The notes under the pieces were generated by a model, which saw only the letters and a program-made list of their open reading frames with translations, ran no database searches and had not been told where the DNA came from. DNA of 64,000 nt from an uncultured delta proteobacterium (GTDB taxonomy: Bacteria; Desulfobacterota; Desulfomonilia; Desulfomonilales; Desulfomonilaceae): the NCBI GenBank assembly GCA_963789265.1, contig CAWBKB010000003.1, positions 832,001-896,000 on the forward strand, written 5' to 3'. Position numbers and translations under genes: made by a program. Shown here piece by piece: positions 1 through 9,926 of the stretch. Positions within the stretch are counted from its first letter, which is position 1. Every line of letters begins with the position of its first letter.

Positions 1-803
1 GTGGCTCGGTGAGCAGATCACCGAAAGGGGCATAGGCAACGGCATCTCACTGATCATATTCGCCGGCATCGTCGCTCGAATGCCGGCCGCGCTCGGCCAC
101 ACCGTTCAGCTTGTGAGGACGGGGGACATGGGTTTTCTCGTGCTGCTCGTCCTAATAGCCGTCATGATCGTCGTGATCGCCGTCATTGTGTTCGTTGAAA
201 GAGGACAGCGCAAGATCCCTGTACAGGTACGCAAAACGTGTTGTCGGTAGACGAATTTACGGAGGCCAAAGTACTCACTTACCTCTGAAGGTGAATACTG
301 CGGGGGTTATTCCTCCCATCTTTGCCTCGTCGCTCATAATTTTCCCGGCTACAATCGCTCAGTTCCTAAATGTTCCGGTCATAACTTACATAACAGGCTG
401 GCTGAGACCGGGAACCGGAGTGTACGAGCTCCTTTACGTGGGGTTGATCATCTTTTTCTGTTACTTTTACACCGCGGTTACCTTCAACCCGGTAGACGTG
501 GCAGATAACATGAAAAAGTACGGAGGTTACATCCCGGGAATCAGGCCGGGCAAAAAAACCTCCCAGTACATAGACAAGGTGCTGACGAGAATTACCTTTG
601 GGGGGGCCATCTACGTTTCGGCAGTGTGCGTCCTCCCCTCGATCCTCATTTCACGCTTTAACGCGCCCTTTTATTTCGGGGGGACCTCATTACTCATCGT
701 CGTGGGAGTCGCTCTGGACACGTTGACTCAAATTGAGTCCCACATGATCCAAAGGCATTATGAGGGATTCATCCGAACGGGCCGGATCAAGGGGAGGCGG
801 TAG
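1..803 (+). CDS. secY: Preprotein translocase SecY, 3' part (5' end outside window; +1 frameshift near 226, probable sequencing error)
   Basis: Frame from nt 2 reads [24 protein letters not shown]...[10 protein letters not shown] and continues in the next frame YAKRVVG...[18 protein letters not shown]...IPGIRPG...[12 protein letters not shown]; followed by adk. Confidence 0.97.
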
Positions 804-836
804 AAGACCGCGACTCCTCTAAAACAGGAAGGGATT

Positions 837-1485
837 ATGAGAATCGTTCTGATTGGGAGGACCGGGGTCGGGCAAAGGGACTCAGGCCAAGAAACTCGTC
901 GATAAGCTGGGCATCCCGCAGATTTCCACTGGGGACATCTTTCGAGCCGCACTCAAAGAGGGGACTCCGATGGGCCTGAAGGCCAAGACGTACATGGATA
1001 AAGGAGAACTGGTACCGGACGGTGTTGTCATAGGAGTCGTTGAGGAGCGGTTGACCAAGCCCGACTTGGACAAAGGTTACATGCTGGACGGATTCCCGAG
1101 GACACTCGCCCAGGCGGAGGCTCTGGATCAGATACTTGCTTCGCAGACCCAATCGATCGACCATGCCGTCTTGGTGGATGTTCCGGATGAAGAACTGGTT
1201 GCCAGACTCTCCGGCCGGCGCACATGCCGAAATGCCGATTGCGGCAAGATGTATCATGTAATGTTCAATCCGCCCAAAAGCGACATGATCTGTGATGCAT
1301 GCGGATCAGAACTCTACCAGAGGGATGACGACACCGAGAGTACCATTAGAGAACGACTCGCGGTTTACAATAAGCAAACAGCCCCACTCATTGACTATTA
1401 TGAAAAGAAGCGATTGCTTCGCCGCGTGAAGGGAGTGGGTCCGATTGACGAGATCTTTGCCTCCATACAAAAAGTTCTCGGATAG
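837..1485 (+). CDS. adk: Adenylate kinase (+1 frameshift near 852)
   Basis: ATG 837 gives MRIVL, then GGPGSGKGTQA P-loop, ISTGDIFR, LDGFPRT and a Cys-type zinc lid (CRNADC...CDAC). Confidence 0.96.
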
Positions 1486-1517
1486 GTAGCCGTCCCTGAG
1501 ATGGCGAAGGAGGGCCC

Positions 1518-1631
1518 ATGAAAGTACGGGCTTCGGTAAAAAAGATTTGCGATAAGTGCAAGATCATCAAACGAAAAGGAACCGTTCGGGTGATTTGCGA
1601 GAACCCCAAACATAAACAGCGTCAGGGTTAA
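1518..1631 (+). CDS. rpmJ: 50S ribosomal protein L36
   Basis: Manual translation [46 protein letters not shown]; too short for the ORF track. Confidence 0.98.
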   Translation: MKVRASVKKICDKCKIIKRKGTVRVICENPKHKQRQG

Positions 1632-1669
1632 ACCCGGTACGCATTTGTTTCATCGCCAGGAGGAAGATC

Positions 1670-2038
1670 GTGGCACGCATCGCAGGGATTGACCTTCCCA
1701 AAAACAAGCGCATGGAAATCGCGCTCACCTATATCTACGGGATAGGAACGACCACGGCCCGGAAGATTCTCGAAGAGGCCGGACTGGATCTGAGCATGAA
1801 AACAGATCAGCTCAGCGAGGTCGATGTCGCCAAGATCCGTGAGGCCATTGATCGTTCATACAAGGTGGAGGGAGATCTTCGCCGTGACATAGGTATGAAT
1901 ATAAAGCGGCTCATGGACCTAGGGTGCTATCGAGGCCTGCGTCACCGCCGTGGTCTACCTGCCCGTGGACAACGCACGCATACCAATGCCAGGACCCGCA
2001 AAGGTCCGAGAAAGATGCAGATCGGTAAACGCAAGTAG
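1670..2038 (+). CDS. rpsM: 30S ribosomal protein S13
   Basis: [10 protein letters not shown]...ALTYIYGIG...[26 protein letters not shown]. Confidence 0.98.
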   Translation: MARIAGIDLPKNKRMEIALTYIYGIGTTTARKILEEAGLDLSMKTDQLSEVDVAKIREAIDRSYKVEGDLRRDIGMNIKRLMDLGCYRGLRHRRGLPARGQRTHTNARTRKGPRKMQIGKRK

Positions 2039-2189
2039 CTTCTGAGGACCGCGGGCGAGACTCCTCGGAAAAGCAATCGATACGTTCAGAACAGAGCTTT
2101 CGCCGCGTGCAAATATGGGCGGGTCCCCTTGTGGGGCCGGCAAACGAGAGAAACCAGGTTCCCCCTAATGGGGTCTAACGGAGAGGCCA

Positions 2190-2579
2190 ATGCCAAGAAG
2201 GCGAGTCGTTCGCAAAAAGAAAGAAAAACGCATTATTCCCAGAGGAGTAGCACATATCCAATCCACGTTCAATAACACGATCGTTACAATTACGGACATC
2301 GAGGGTAACGTCGTGGCTTGGTCGTCAGCGGGTACACAGGGCTTCAAAGGATCGAGAAAGTCTACCCCTTTCGCGGCCCAGTTGGCCGCGGAAGATGCCG
2401 CCCGTAAGGCCATGGAACAAGGGATGAGGAGTGTCGAGGTCTTGATAAAGGGACCGGGGGCCGGCCGGGAAGCTGCCCTCCGGTCCTTACAGGCCACGGG
2501 TTTTCAGATCACAATGATCAAGGATGTTACACCTATCCCGCACAACGGGTGCCGGCCTCCGAAGAGGAGAAGGGTCTAA
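2190..2579 (+). CDS. rpsK: 30S ribosomal protein S11
   Basis: [16 protein letters not shown]...[11 protein letters not shown]...[18 protein letters not shown]. Confidence 0.98.
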   Translation: MPRRRVVRKKKEKRIIPRGVAHIQSTFNNTIVTITDIEGNVVAWSSAGTQGFKGSRKSTPFAAQLAAEDAARKAMEQGMRSVEVLIKGPGAGREAALRSLQATGFQITMIKDVTPIPHNGCRPPKRRRV

Positions 2580-2622
2580 CCATTTACGGATACATTAGTT
2601 TTCCGAACCAAAGGAGATAGTA

Positions 2623-3250
2623 TTGGCTCGCTATCATGAAGCAGTGTGTAGGTTTCTGTCGCCGGGAAGGGGCAAAGTTGTTCCTTAAAGGGGATCGCTG
2701 CTACTCGGACAAGTGCTCTGTGGAGCGGAGAACCTATCCTCCCGGTCAGCACGGTCAGAGCCGTCCGAAACACACGGACTACGGCGTGCAGCTTAGGGAA
2801 AAGCAAAAGGTGAGGCATATTTACGGGGTGCTGGAAAAGCAGTTCCGTACATACGTTCATCTTGCGGAGCAAAGGAAGGGCGTTACCGGCGAGATTCTAC
2901 TTCTTTTGTTGGAATCGCGTCTGGATAACATGGTTTTCAGAATGGGATTCGCTCCATCCAGAGCTGAAGCCAGACAATTGATAAACCACGGGCATATTAT
3001 AGTAAATGGACGGAAAGTGGACATACCTTCGTTCAGGACTAAACCTGGCATGGTCGTAGAGGTCCGGGAAAAAAGCCAATCAATTCATGCGATTGACGAT
3101 TCTTTGAAGACTGTTACCCGGCGCGGGATTCCGCCGTGGCTGGATGTCGATGTGGCAGCCTTTAAAGGCATTGTTAAGGCATTACCGACAAGAGAGGAAC
3201 TGCCTCCCACCATTAAAGAGCAGTTGATCGTGGAATTCTATTCCAAGTAA
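2623..3250 (+). CDS. rpsD: 30S ribosomal protein S4 (+1 frameshift near 2653)
   Basis: TTG start after AAGGAGA gives [10 protein letters not shown], then [15 protein letters not shown]...YPPGQHG...[11 protein letters not shown]...LIVEFYSK. Confidence 0.97.
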
Positions 3251-3409
3251 TGCCTGGAGGACGTGAGGGGAGCAACCGACTCCCCGGATTCATGAAAGGA
3301 CCGACATAAGGGGCCGTGGTGGCCTTTGAGAACCCACAAGGGAAATCGATTCCTTACAACCGCATCAGAATTCCGCATTGCAGAATTCACAGTTAACAAG
3401 AGGGAAGCC

Positions 3410-4459
3410 ATGAGTGAAACGGGGCAGACCTTGATGAGTCGAAATTGGACCGAGCTCATCCGACCTCGCCGCATGGAGGTGGAAGAAGAGACGCATACCC
3501 CTTTCTACGGAAAATTTGTGTGCGAGCCGTTAGAGAGGGGATACGGCATCACGCTGGGAAATTCTCTGCGGCGTGTGCTCCTTTCTACGCTGCAGGGCGC
3601 AGCCATAACGTCGGTTAAAATCGATGGGGTGCTGCACGAGTTCTCTGCCTTACCCGGCGTGAAAGAAGATGTTACCGATATAATCCTCAATTTGAAACAA
3701 GTTCAGTTGAAACTTCACACCAATTATCCCAAAACTCTCAAGCTCGAAGCAGTCGGAGAGGGAGAAGTCCGCGCAGGTGACATCATCTCGGATGAGACAG
3801 TGGAGATCATCAATCCTGAGCATATTGTGGCGACATTGTCCAAGGAAGGGCGCCTTTCCATGACCATGTCTGCGGAATGGGGAAAGGGATACGTGCCCGT
3901 GGAGGCTCACAAGACAGAAGACGATCCCATCGGAACTCTGGCACTGGATTCCGTGTTCTCGCCGGTGCGCAAAGTGAGCTATAAGATTACTAATGCCCGG
4001 GTGGGGCGCAGGACCGATTACGATAAACTCACTATCGAGATCTGGACGAACGGAGCAGTTTATCCTGAAGATGCCCTTGCGAATGCCGCAAAGATCCTGA
4101 GAGAACAATTCTTGGTCTTTCTGAATTTTGAAGAGGAAGAGAAAGCTGTTCACGTGGAAAAACCCCAGCGCGAGCCGGAAATCAACGATAACCTCTTCAG
4201 AAGCGTGGGAGAGCTGGAATTGAGCGTTCGTTCCGCTAATTGTCTTAAGAACGCAGATATAAGGTTCATCGGGGAACTGGTCCAGCGCACTGAAGCGGAA
4301 ATGCTTAAGACGAAAAATTTCGGCCGAAAATCGCTGAACGAAATCAAAGAGATTTTGGCAGACATGGATCTGCAGCTAGGAATGGCGATACCGGCCTTCC
4401 CCAGTCGCGAAGAGCTCGAACGCATGCGACAAGAACGCGAGAGCTTTATCGCTGAATAA
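3410..4459 (+). CDS. rpoA: DNA-directed RNA polymerase subunit alpha
   Basis: EPLERGYGITLGNSLRRVLLS, GVLHEFS, ELSVRSANCLKNA, NFGRKSLNEIK; start may be 3410 or 3434. Confidence 0.98.
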   Translation: MSETGQTLMSRNWTELIRPRRMEVEEETHTPFYGKFVCEPLERGYGITLGNSLRRVLLSTLQGAAITSVKIDGVLHEFSALPGVKEDVTDIILNLKQVQLKLHTNYPKTLKLEAVGEGEVRAGDIISDETVEIINPEHIVATLSKEGRLSMTMSAEWGKGYVPVEAHKTEDDPIGTLALDSVFSPVRKVSYKITNARVGRRTDYDKLTIEIWTNGAVYPEDALANAAKILREQFLVFLNFEEEEKAVHVEKPQREPEINDNLFRSVGELELSVRSANCLKNADIRFIGELVQRTEAEMLKTKNFGRKSLNEIKEILADMDLQLGMAIPAFPSREELERMRQERESFIAE

Positions 4460-4474
4460 GCCCGGGAGATATAC

Positions 4475-4915
4475 ATGCGACACCGAAAAGCAAGATACAA
4501 ATTGGGCATGAGGACCGCACACCGAGAAGCCATGCTCAGAAACATGGTCACCTCTCTGCTGGAGCATGAGAGCATTACCACTACCGATGCCCGGGCCAAA
4601 GCAGTCAGAGGTTTAGCCGACAATATGATAACTCTGGGCAAGCGAGGTGATCTCCACGCGTGGCGGCAGGCCATGCAAACTATAAGATCGAAGCGCGTTA
4701 CTCGCCTTTTATTCGATGAGATCGCTCCTCGCTTTTCCAATCGGGAGGGCGGATACGTACGAGTGGTGAAGAAAGGTGTCAGAGTAGGGGACCGCGCCGC
4801 TATCTCCCTCGTAGAACTAGTCGAAAAAAATCCTGAAAAGGCCCGAGAAAAAAAGACTTCAGGAAAATCCAAGGGCCTCAAGGACAAGATCGTGGACAGC
4901 TTCAAATCCAAGTGA
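4475..4915 (+). CDS. rplQ: 50S ribosomal protein L17
   Basis: MRHRK...[27 protein letters not shown]...[10 protein letters not shown]. Confidence 0.97.
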   Translation: MRHRKARYKLGMRTAHREAMLRNMVTSLLEHESITTTDARAKAVRGLADNMITLGKRGDLHAWRQAMQTIRSKRVTRLLFDEIAPRFSNREGGYVRVVKKGVRVGDRAAISLVELVEKNPEKAREKKTSGKSKGLKDKIVDSFKSK

Positions 4916-5019
4916 GCGCGTGTTCCCGCTTGTTTTTGGGCCATGCCGCCACCTCAATCAACTCCTTACGAAATCCGCCGGCCGGTGGCGTCCTAGCTTG
5001 ATACCGGCGTTGCGGACGC

Positions 5020-5820
5020 ATGATCCTTTTAAAAAACTTGGCCTTTTCCTATTCTCCTCAAGCTCCGCTTGTTCTTAAGGAGCTATCCCTAACCATCGAG
5101 AATCGCTCATGGGTAGTCGTAACCGGCCCAGACGGCTCAGGGAAGACTACCCTCGCAAAAATCATTACTGGCCTGCTGAAGCCCAATTCCGGTTCCGTTG
5201 AATTCAATCCACCCCGGAACACCAAATCTGTAGTCGCGTGTTATCTCGGCGGTGATCCGTATGATTCGCTGATAGGCATCTCCATTGAAGAGGATATAGT
5301 GTTTGGCCTTGAGAATATGCAGCTCTCATCGTCCGAAATCGAGACCAGGCTCAAACAGGCGCTTGAGCGGACAGGTTTAGTTGGAATGGAAAGGCGTCTG
5401 ATTCACACACTTTCGGGAGGTGAGCAACAGAAGGTGGCATTGGCTGCAACTTTGGCAATGGGGTGTAGAGTAGTTGTAGTCGATGAAGGTCTTAATATGA
5501 TGGATCGGCCGATACGACTGTCAATCAGGTCTCTGCTGAGTTCTCTACGAGAAAGCCCTGGACTCACGGTGATCGAAGTTACTCACAGCCTCCAAGATGC
5601 ACTCGCGGCGGACAGAATACTGTTCCTCTCGGAAGGAAGGATAATGTTCGACGGAACGGCCTCAGAGTTTTGTGAGAGCCTGGAGGGAAACCGCTGGGTA
5701 TCACTGGACGGGGGAATCGCCGGTCTAAGGACTGCTCTTGTGAGCAAAAGACTTGTCTCCGCATATTGTGGTGATAATTCAGAACTCTCTTCCTACTTAC
5801 TGACCATGATAGGGAAGTGA
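5020..5820 (+). CDS. ECF transporter ATP-binding subunit (EcfA/CbiO family)
   Basis: Walker A GPDGSGKT, IEEDIVFGLEN, LSGGEQQKVALA, Walker B VVVVDE, H-loop VTH. Confidence 0.85.
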   Translation: MILLKNLAFSYSPQAPLVLKELSLTIENRSWVVVTGPDGSGKTTLAKIITGLLKPNSGSVEFNPPRNTKSVVACYLGGDPYDSLIGISIEEDIVFGLENMQLSSSEIETRLKQALERTGLVGMERRLIHTLSGGEQQKVALAATLAMGCRVVVVDEGLNMMDRPIRLSIRSLLSSLRESPGLTVIEVTHSLQDALAADRILFLSEGRIMFDGTASEFCESLEGNRWVSLDGGIAGLRTALVSKRLVSAYCGDNSELSSYLLTMIGK

Positions 5821-5918
5821 CTGGGATTTCTTCAGAAAACATTTGAGAATGAAGGCTAACTGGAGTATAAAGAATATGCGGCGTCGGATTCAAATTCCGT
5901 TAAGTTCGCGATCGAAAC

Positions 5919-6296
5919 GTGAGGCATGAGAGAATTCCGAGGAAACCGATTGTGTGGCACGCGGTCAGATATCTAAGAATCGTTATGCTTCTGGTGGCCT
6001 TGGTGATGGTCGGAATGTTGGTCGGAGGAAAAAGCCTCACTCTAAAGGCCGGGCTTGAACAAAAGAAATCATCCATTCGAAAAGAAAACCGAAAACTGGC
6101 CCTTGAGATCAAAGACCTGGAACGCCAGGTGACACTCATGCGCTCGGATCCGCACACGATTGAAATGGTGGTTAAGCGAAAACTAGGCATGGCTCGGCCG
6201 GACGAGACGGTGTATATATTTGATCAGAAGAGTCCGACTGCTCTCAGAGCCCACAACCTAGAATCAGCTTTAAAAATCAAGGCTAACACCCCATAA
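5919..6296 (+). CDS. Septum formation initiator family protein (FtsB/DivIC-like)
   Basis: TM helix, coiled coil (IRKENRKLALEIKDL), then DPHTIEMVVKRKLGMARPDETVY. Confidence 0.8.
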   Translation: MRHERIPRKPIVWHAVRYLRIVMLLVALVMVGMLVGGKSLTLKAGLEQKKSSIRKENRKLALEIKDLERQVTLMRSDPHTIEMVVKRKLGMARPDETVYIFDQKSPTALRAHNLESALKIKANTP

Positions 6297-6309
6297 TATC
6301 AGTTTTTTA

Positions 6310-6338
6310 TTGACAAAAATCTATTTATATTATATCCT
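6310..6338 (+). promoter_or_regulatory. sigma70-type promoter for pilMNOP
   Basis: TTGACA-17 nt-TATCCT, 50 nt before the pilM start. Confidence 0.65.
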
Positions 6339-6388
6339 CAATCTGCGGCCCGAAAGAGAACATGATCGGGCCCGTGTAAGGTAGCGAA

Positions 6389-7442
6389 ATGCCACTCCCG
6401 AAGATAATCGGCTTGGACATCGGTTCGAATGCCGTGAAGATGGTCGAAATCAACCGCTCGAAGAAGGGGTTCGAGCTGGAGTATGTAGGACTTGCCCCTT
6501 TGTCCGACGGTGCCATCGTGGACAAGTCAATCAAGAAGGCCGATCTTGTCGGAGGCGCCATCAGGACCCTTCATAGCATGTCGAGCCGAAACAAGCAGGT
6601 GGCCACCTCGTTTGCCGGCAAAGCAGTGATTATCAAGCAAGTGACCATGACTTCCATGACGGATAGTCAGTTGGAAAAACAGATACAGATGGAGGCCGAG
6701 CCGTATATACCTTTTGACATCAAGGACGTAAACCTGGATTTCTTCATAATGGGCGATCGGCCGGAAAAAGAAGGGTCTATGGAAGTGGTGTTGGTGGCCG
6801 CAAAGAAAGATTACATGGCCGAGTATCTGGATTTGATACAGTCATTGGGCCTGATTCCAGTTGTGGTGGACGTAGACCCGTTCGCTCTCGAAGTGATGTA
6901 CGAGTTTTGCTATCCCAACGTGCAGGAAGAGATAGTGGCGCTAGTCAACGTGGGCGCAAGCACGATCAATATTAATATCCTCAAATCGGGTGCTTCTCAG
7001 GTACACGCGGGATTTGCCGCTGGGAGGAGACGCGATTACTCGCGAAATAATGAGATTTTTCGACGTAGATTTCGAGCGTGCCGAGAATATCAAGCGCGGA
7101 GCCGACCTCGACAGAGTGAACGCTCGAAATCTGAGAAAGATTTTCCAGCGTTCCATTGACTACTTTGTCTCGGAACTGCAAAAGATCCTGGATTTTTTTT
7201 CTGCCAATGTGTCATACGACCCGATACAGAAGATATTTCTCTCGGGAGGGGCTGCGACAACTTATGGGTTGGCCTCGACTATGGAGTCCGAGTTGAATAT
7301 TCCTGTGGAGATGGTAGATCCTTTTAGACATCTCAAAGTTAACGAAAAGACCTTTGATCTGGGGTATCTGAACAGCGTGGGACCACAGATGGCTGTAGCA
7401 GTTGGCTTGGCCCTCAGGGAAGAAGGGGATAAGCAAGTATAA
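6389..7442 (+). CDS. pilM: Type IV pilus assembly protein PilM (+1 frameshift near 7000)
   Basis: IGLDIGSNAVKMVE, EAEPYIPF, VLVAAKK, LVNVGAS; second frame YTRDLPLGG...LSGGAA...AVAVGLALR. Confidence 0.93.
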
Positions 7443-7443
7443 G

Positions 7444-8041
7444 ATGGTAAGGATCAATCTTTTACCCATACGAGAGATTCTTCGCAAACGGGAGCTTAAG
7501 CAATTCCTGTTCCTGTCAGCAATCATCGTCGCCTCTGCCGTCGGTCTCATGATATGCACTTACGTGTTCTTTACTTGGAAGATATCGGCTCTACAATCGG
7601 AACAGAGAGCGCAACAGACAAAGCTCGATAAGCTCAAGGAAAAAAACAAGGAAATTGAGAACCTTAAGAATAGGATAGCGCAGCGCCAGAGACAGGTTGA
7701 CACGATAGAGAGGCTGACCAAGGTTAGAGACACACCTGCGCCGTTCATGGCAGCTCTTTCTCTGGCAATTCCCGACGAAGTGTGGGTGACGACGATTAGC
7801 AAAAGTCGGAAAAGTTTCGCACTGGATGGGATAGGCGTCGATAATACGGTGGTGGTTAATTTTGTTCAAAGGCTTCAGACCGTCAAGCAAGGATTCACTC
7901 CGAAACAACCGTGGGTGAATCTTGCCGTACCTACTGACAAGAGCTTCTTCATCAATGTGAAACTGTTGCAGATCGTCGCTGCAACCGGAGTCGGCGGTTC
8001 TGGGCTCGATGAATTTCAAAATCGTGGGAAACCTTCGCTAA
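7444..8041 (+). CDS. pilN: Type IV pilus assembly protein PilN (+1 frameshift near 8000)
   Basis: MVRINLLP motif, TM helix, coiled coil, IPDEVWVT; the natural end MNFKIVGNLR* at 8041 is in the next frame. Confidence 0.88.
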
Positions 8042-8051
8042 GGGCAGAACA

Positions 8052-8732
8052 GTGGCCGTTGAACCTCGAGAGATATTCTTTAAACTCACCAAGCTTCAGC
8101 GAAGCCTCATTATCGGGGCGATATGCATTTTGCTCTTGGTGGCCTTCTATTTTCTGGTAATCTCTGACATGCAGGACCAAGTAACCAGTCTCGAAACGCA
8201 GATCGGCAGGATCAAGCTGGAGATTGGTAACCAGGAAAAGATCCTTGCTGAAGGCCCCAAACTCAAGGCCCGATTGCAGGCACTGGACAAGAAATTGAAG
8301 ACGATGGTCGCTTCTCTTCCTGAAAAACAAGAGATTGAAGTGCTCTTGAAGAAGATCACCGATCTGCTTTCCCAGACCAACCTCGTAGCAAAACGATTCG
8401 TCCCTGGTCAGGAGAAGATAAACGAGGAGCTATATTACGCAACAATTCCTCTCAACCTTAACGTCCGCGGGGACTATCAACATATTGGGGCCTTTTTGGC
8501 AAGTCTCAATAATCTTCCTCGAATAGTTAACGTTCCGACCCTCAAACTAAACAAGGCCGGCGCGCTCAGCGGCAGAGAAAGCGATCTAGCAAAGAAACTC
8601 GACGTAATTGCACTGGACGCCGACATCGGTGGTGAAACCTACCGGCGTTTGTCTCAGGAGGAAATCAAGGCAATCACGGAGCGCAAAGCACGGCGTAAGG
8701 GTCCTCCTCGCAAACCCATGCGGAGGCACTAA
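8052..8732 (+). CDS. pilO: Type IV pilus assembly protein PilO
   Basis: TM plus coiled coil, LPEKQEIEVLL, IPLNLNVRGDYQHIGAFL...LPRIVNV. Confidence 0.9.
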   Translation: MAVEPREIFFKLTKLQRSLIIGAICILLLVAFYFLVISDMQDQVTSLETQIGRIKLEIGNQEKILAEGPKLKARLQALDKKLKTMVASLPEKQEIEVLLKKITDLLSQTNLVAKRFVPGQEKINEELYYATIPLNLNVRGDYQHIGAFLASLNNLPRIVNVPTLKLNKAGALSGRESDLAKKLDVIALDADIGGETYRRLSQEEIKAITERKARRKGPPRKPMRRH

Positions 8733-8762
8733 CAGAGGAGAAGGGCTTCCAGAGGCTTAAGA

Positions 8763-9459
8763 ATGAAACATGGTCGACATTCCGATATCATGAAAATGGC
8801 GTTCTACTTGGGCGTGGTTACCGTCATGCTCATGCCGTTAGCCGGTTGCGAAGAGGCCAATATGGCCATTGACGTTATTTTTGGAAAGCAGCTACCGGTT
8901 TCTATCGGCATCCGCGGAAATGTCCCCGCAGTCATTTATTTTAGCGAAAAGGCGGGAAGCCGGTGAAAAGGCTTCGACAGGGATCGAAGCGGCTGTGTCT
9001 GCCGATCAAAAACCCGCTGCTATTCCGGCGAAGACCAAGCCTTCAGAGTACGCCACTCAGCAGGGAAAGAGACGGCCTCCCGGCCAGCCGTCCCCCGCTA
9101 TGCAACAGGCCGCTCCGCCTGTAGCAAAGAAGCCGTCAGAGCTCTTCCAGGTCGAGCGAAATCCCTTCAAACCACCTACAGAGATCCTGCCTAGCGAGTG
9201 CCCTCCTTCGATGCCGTTATGCAGATTCGACCGTTCGCAACTCAAGCTGGTGGGTGTCATTCAGGTGAGTGAAGGTGAATTTAAGGGCATGGTCGAAGAT
9301 CCTGATGGTCGGGGTTATTTCGTCACTACAGGAATGCAGATCGGCGGGGCCACCGTCACCCAGGTCAATGACAAAGGGATCACGCTCCATCTGCACAGGA
9401 CCCATCAGGATGTTATGATGCCGCTCTTTAAAGAAGCCAAAAAGGCCGGAGAATTTTGA
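8763..9459 (+). CDS. pilP: Type IV pilus assembly lipoprotein PilP (frameshifted between ~8870 and 8960)
   Basis: Lipobox LAGC in 8763..8966; RNPFKP, PLCRFDRSQLKLVGVI, MVEDPDGRGYFV in 8869..9459; position after pilO. Confidence 0.8.
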
Positions 9460-9736
9460 AGTCGGCCAAAATCACTTAAAATATCCTAGTTCGCACAGCT
9501 ACATCTTAACCCCCTGTTCGTTGAGCGATTCGCCGATTCGGCTTCTTGGCAGTCGGGGTTTATCTGCTGTCTCACGTAAGGCTTTGGATGGAACACATGG
9601 GGGTTCTGCTGTCTCATGATGAGATCTTTCGGCTGCAACTGTTGATCATACGGACAGCTCGTTCAAAGCTCTCGATCAAATTCAAAATGGGAATAATCGG
9701 CTCCTTATGGTAGGTTTCGGGGAAAACAGAATTCCA

Positions 9737-9896
9737 ATACCCATGCGCAGTTAAACGAGTGACAATCCTGGAGAGGATATGGTGGGGCATCCCGGACTCC
9801 GATCCGGGCAGTAGCGCCGGCGTCCCCGCCGGTGACCAATGAACGACCGGCAAGATGCCGGTCCCACTAAAGGGTCTGGATTCCCGCGCACTTAGC
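9737..9896. repeat. MITE-like left end plus inverted REP doublet
   Basis: 9737-9809 is homologous to 19165-19259 (ATACC.ATGCGC...AGTGACAATC...AGGATAT.GTGGGGCAT...CCCGGACT.CGATCCGGG). Followed by GTAGCGCCGGCGTCCCCGCCGG (9811) and GACCGGCAAGATGCCGGTCCCAC (9845-9867). Confidence 0.75.
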
Positions 9897-9926
9897 ACAG
9901 CGCCTCGCGCTGGGGACGGACCGACT

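Noticed and set aside
1..3250. secY, adk and rpsD as pseudogenes or programmed frameshift genes
   Set aside because: Essential genes with otherwise intact sequence and no shared slippery site; single-base assembly errors explain them.
4150..4944. 264-aa minus-strand ORF
   Set aside because: Entirely antisense to rpoA/rplQ, with no recognisable motifs.
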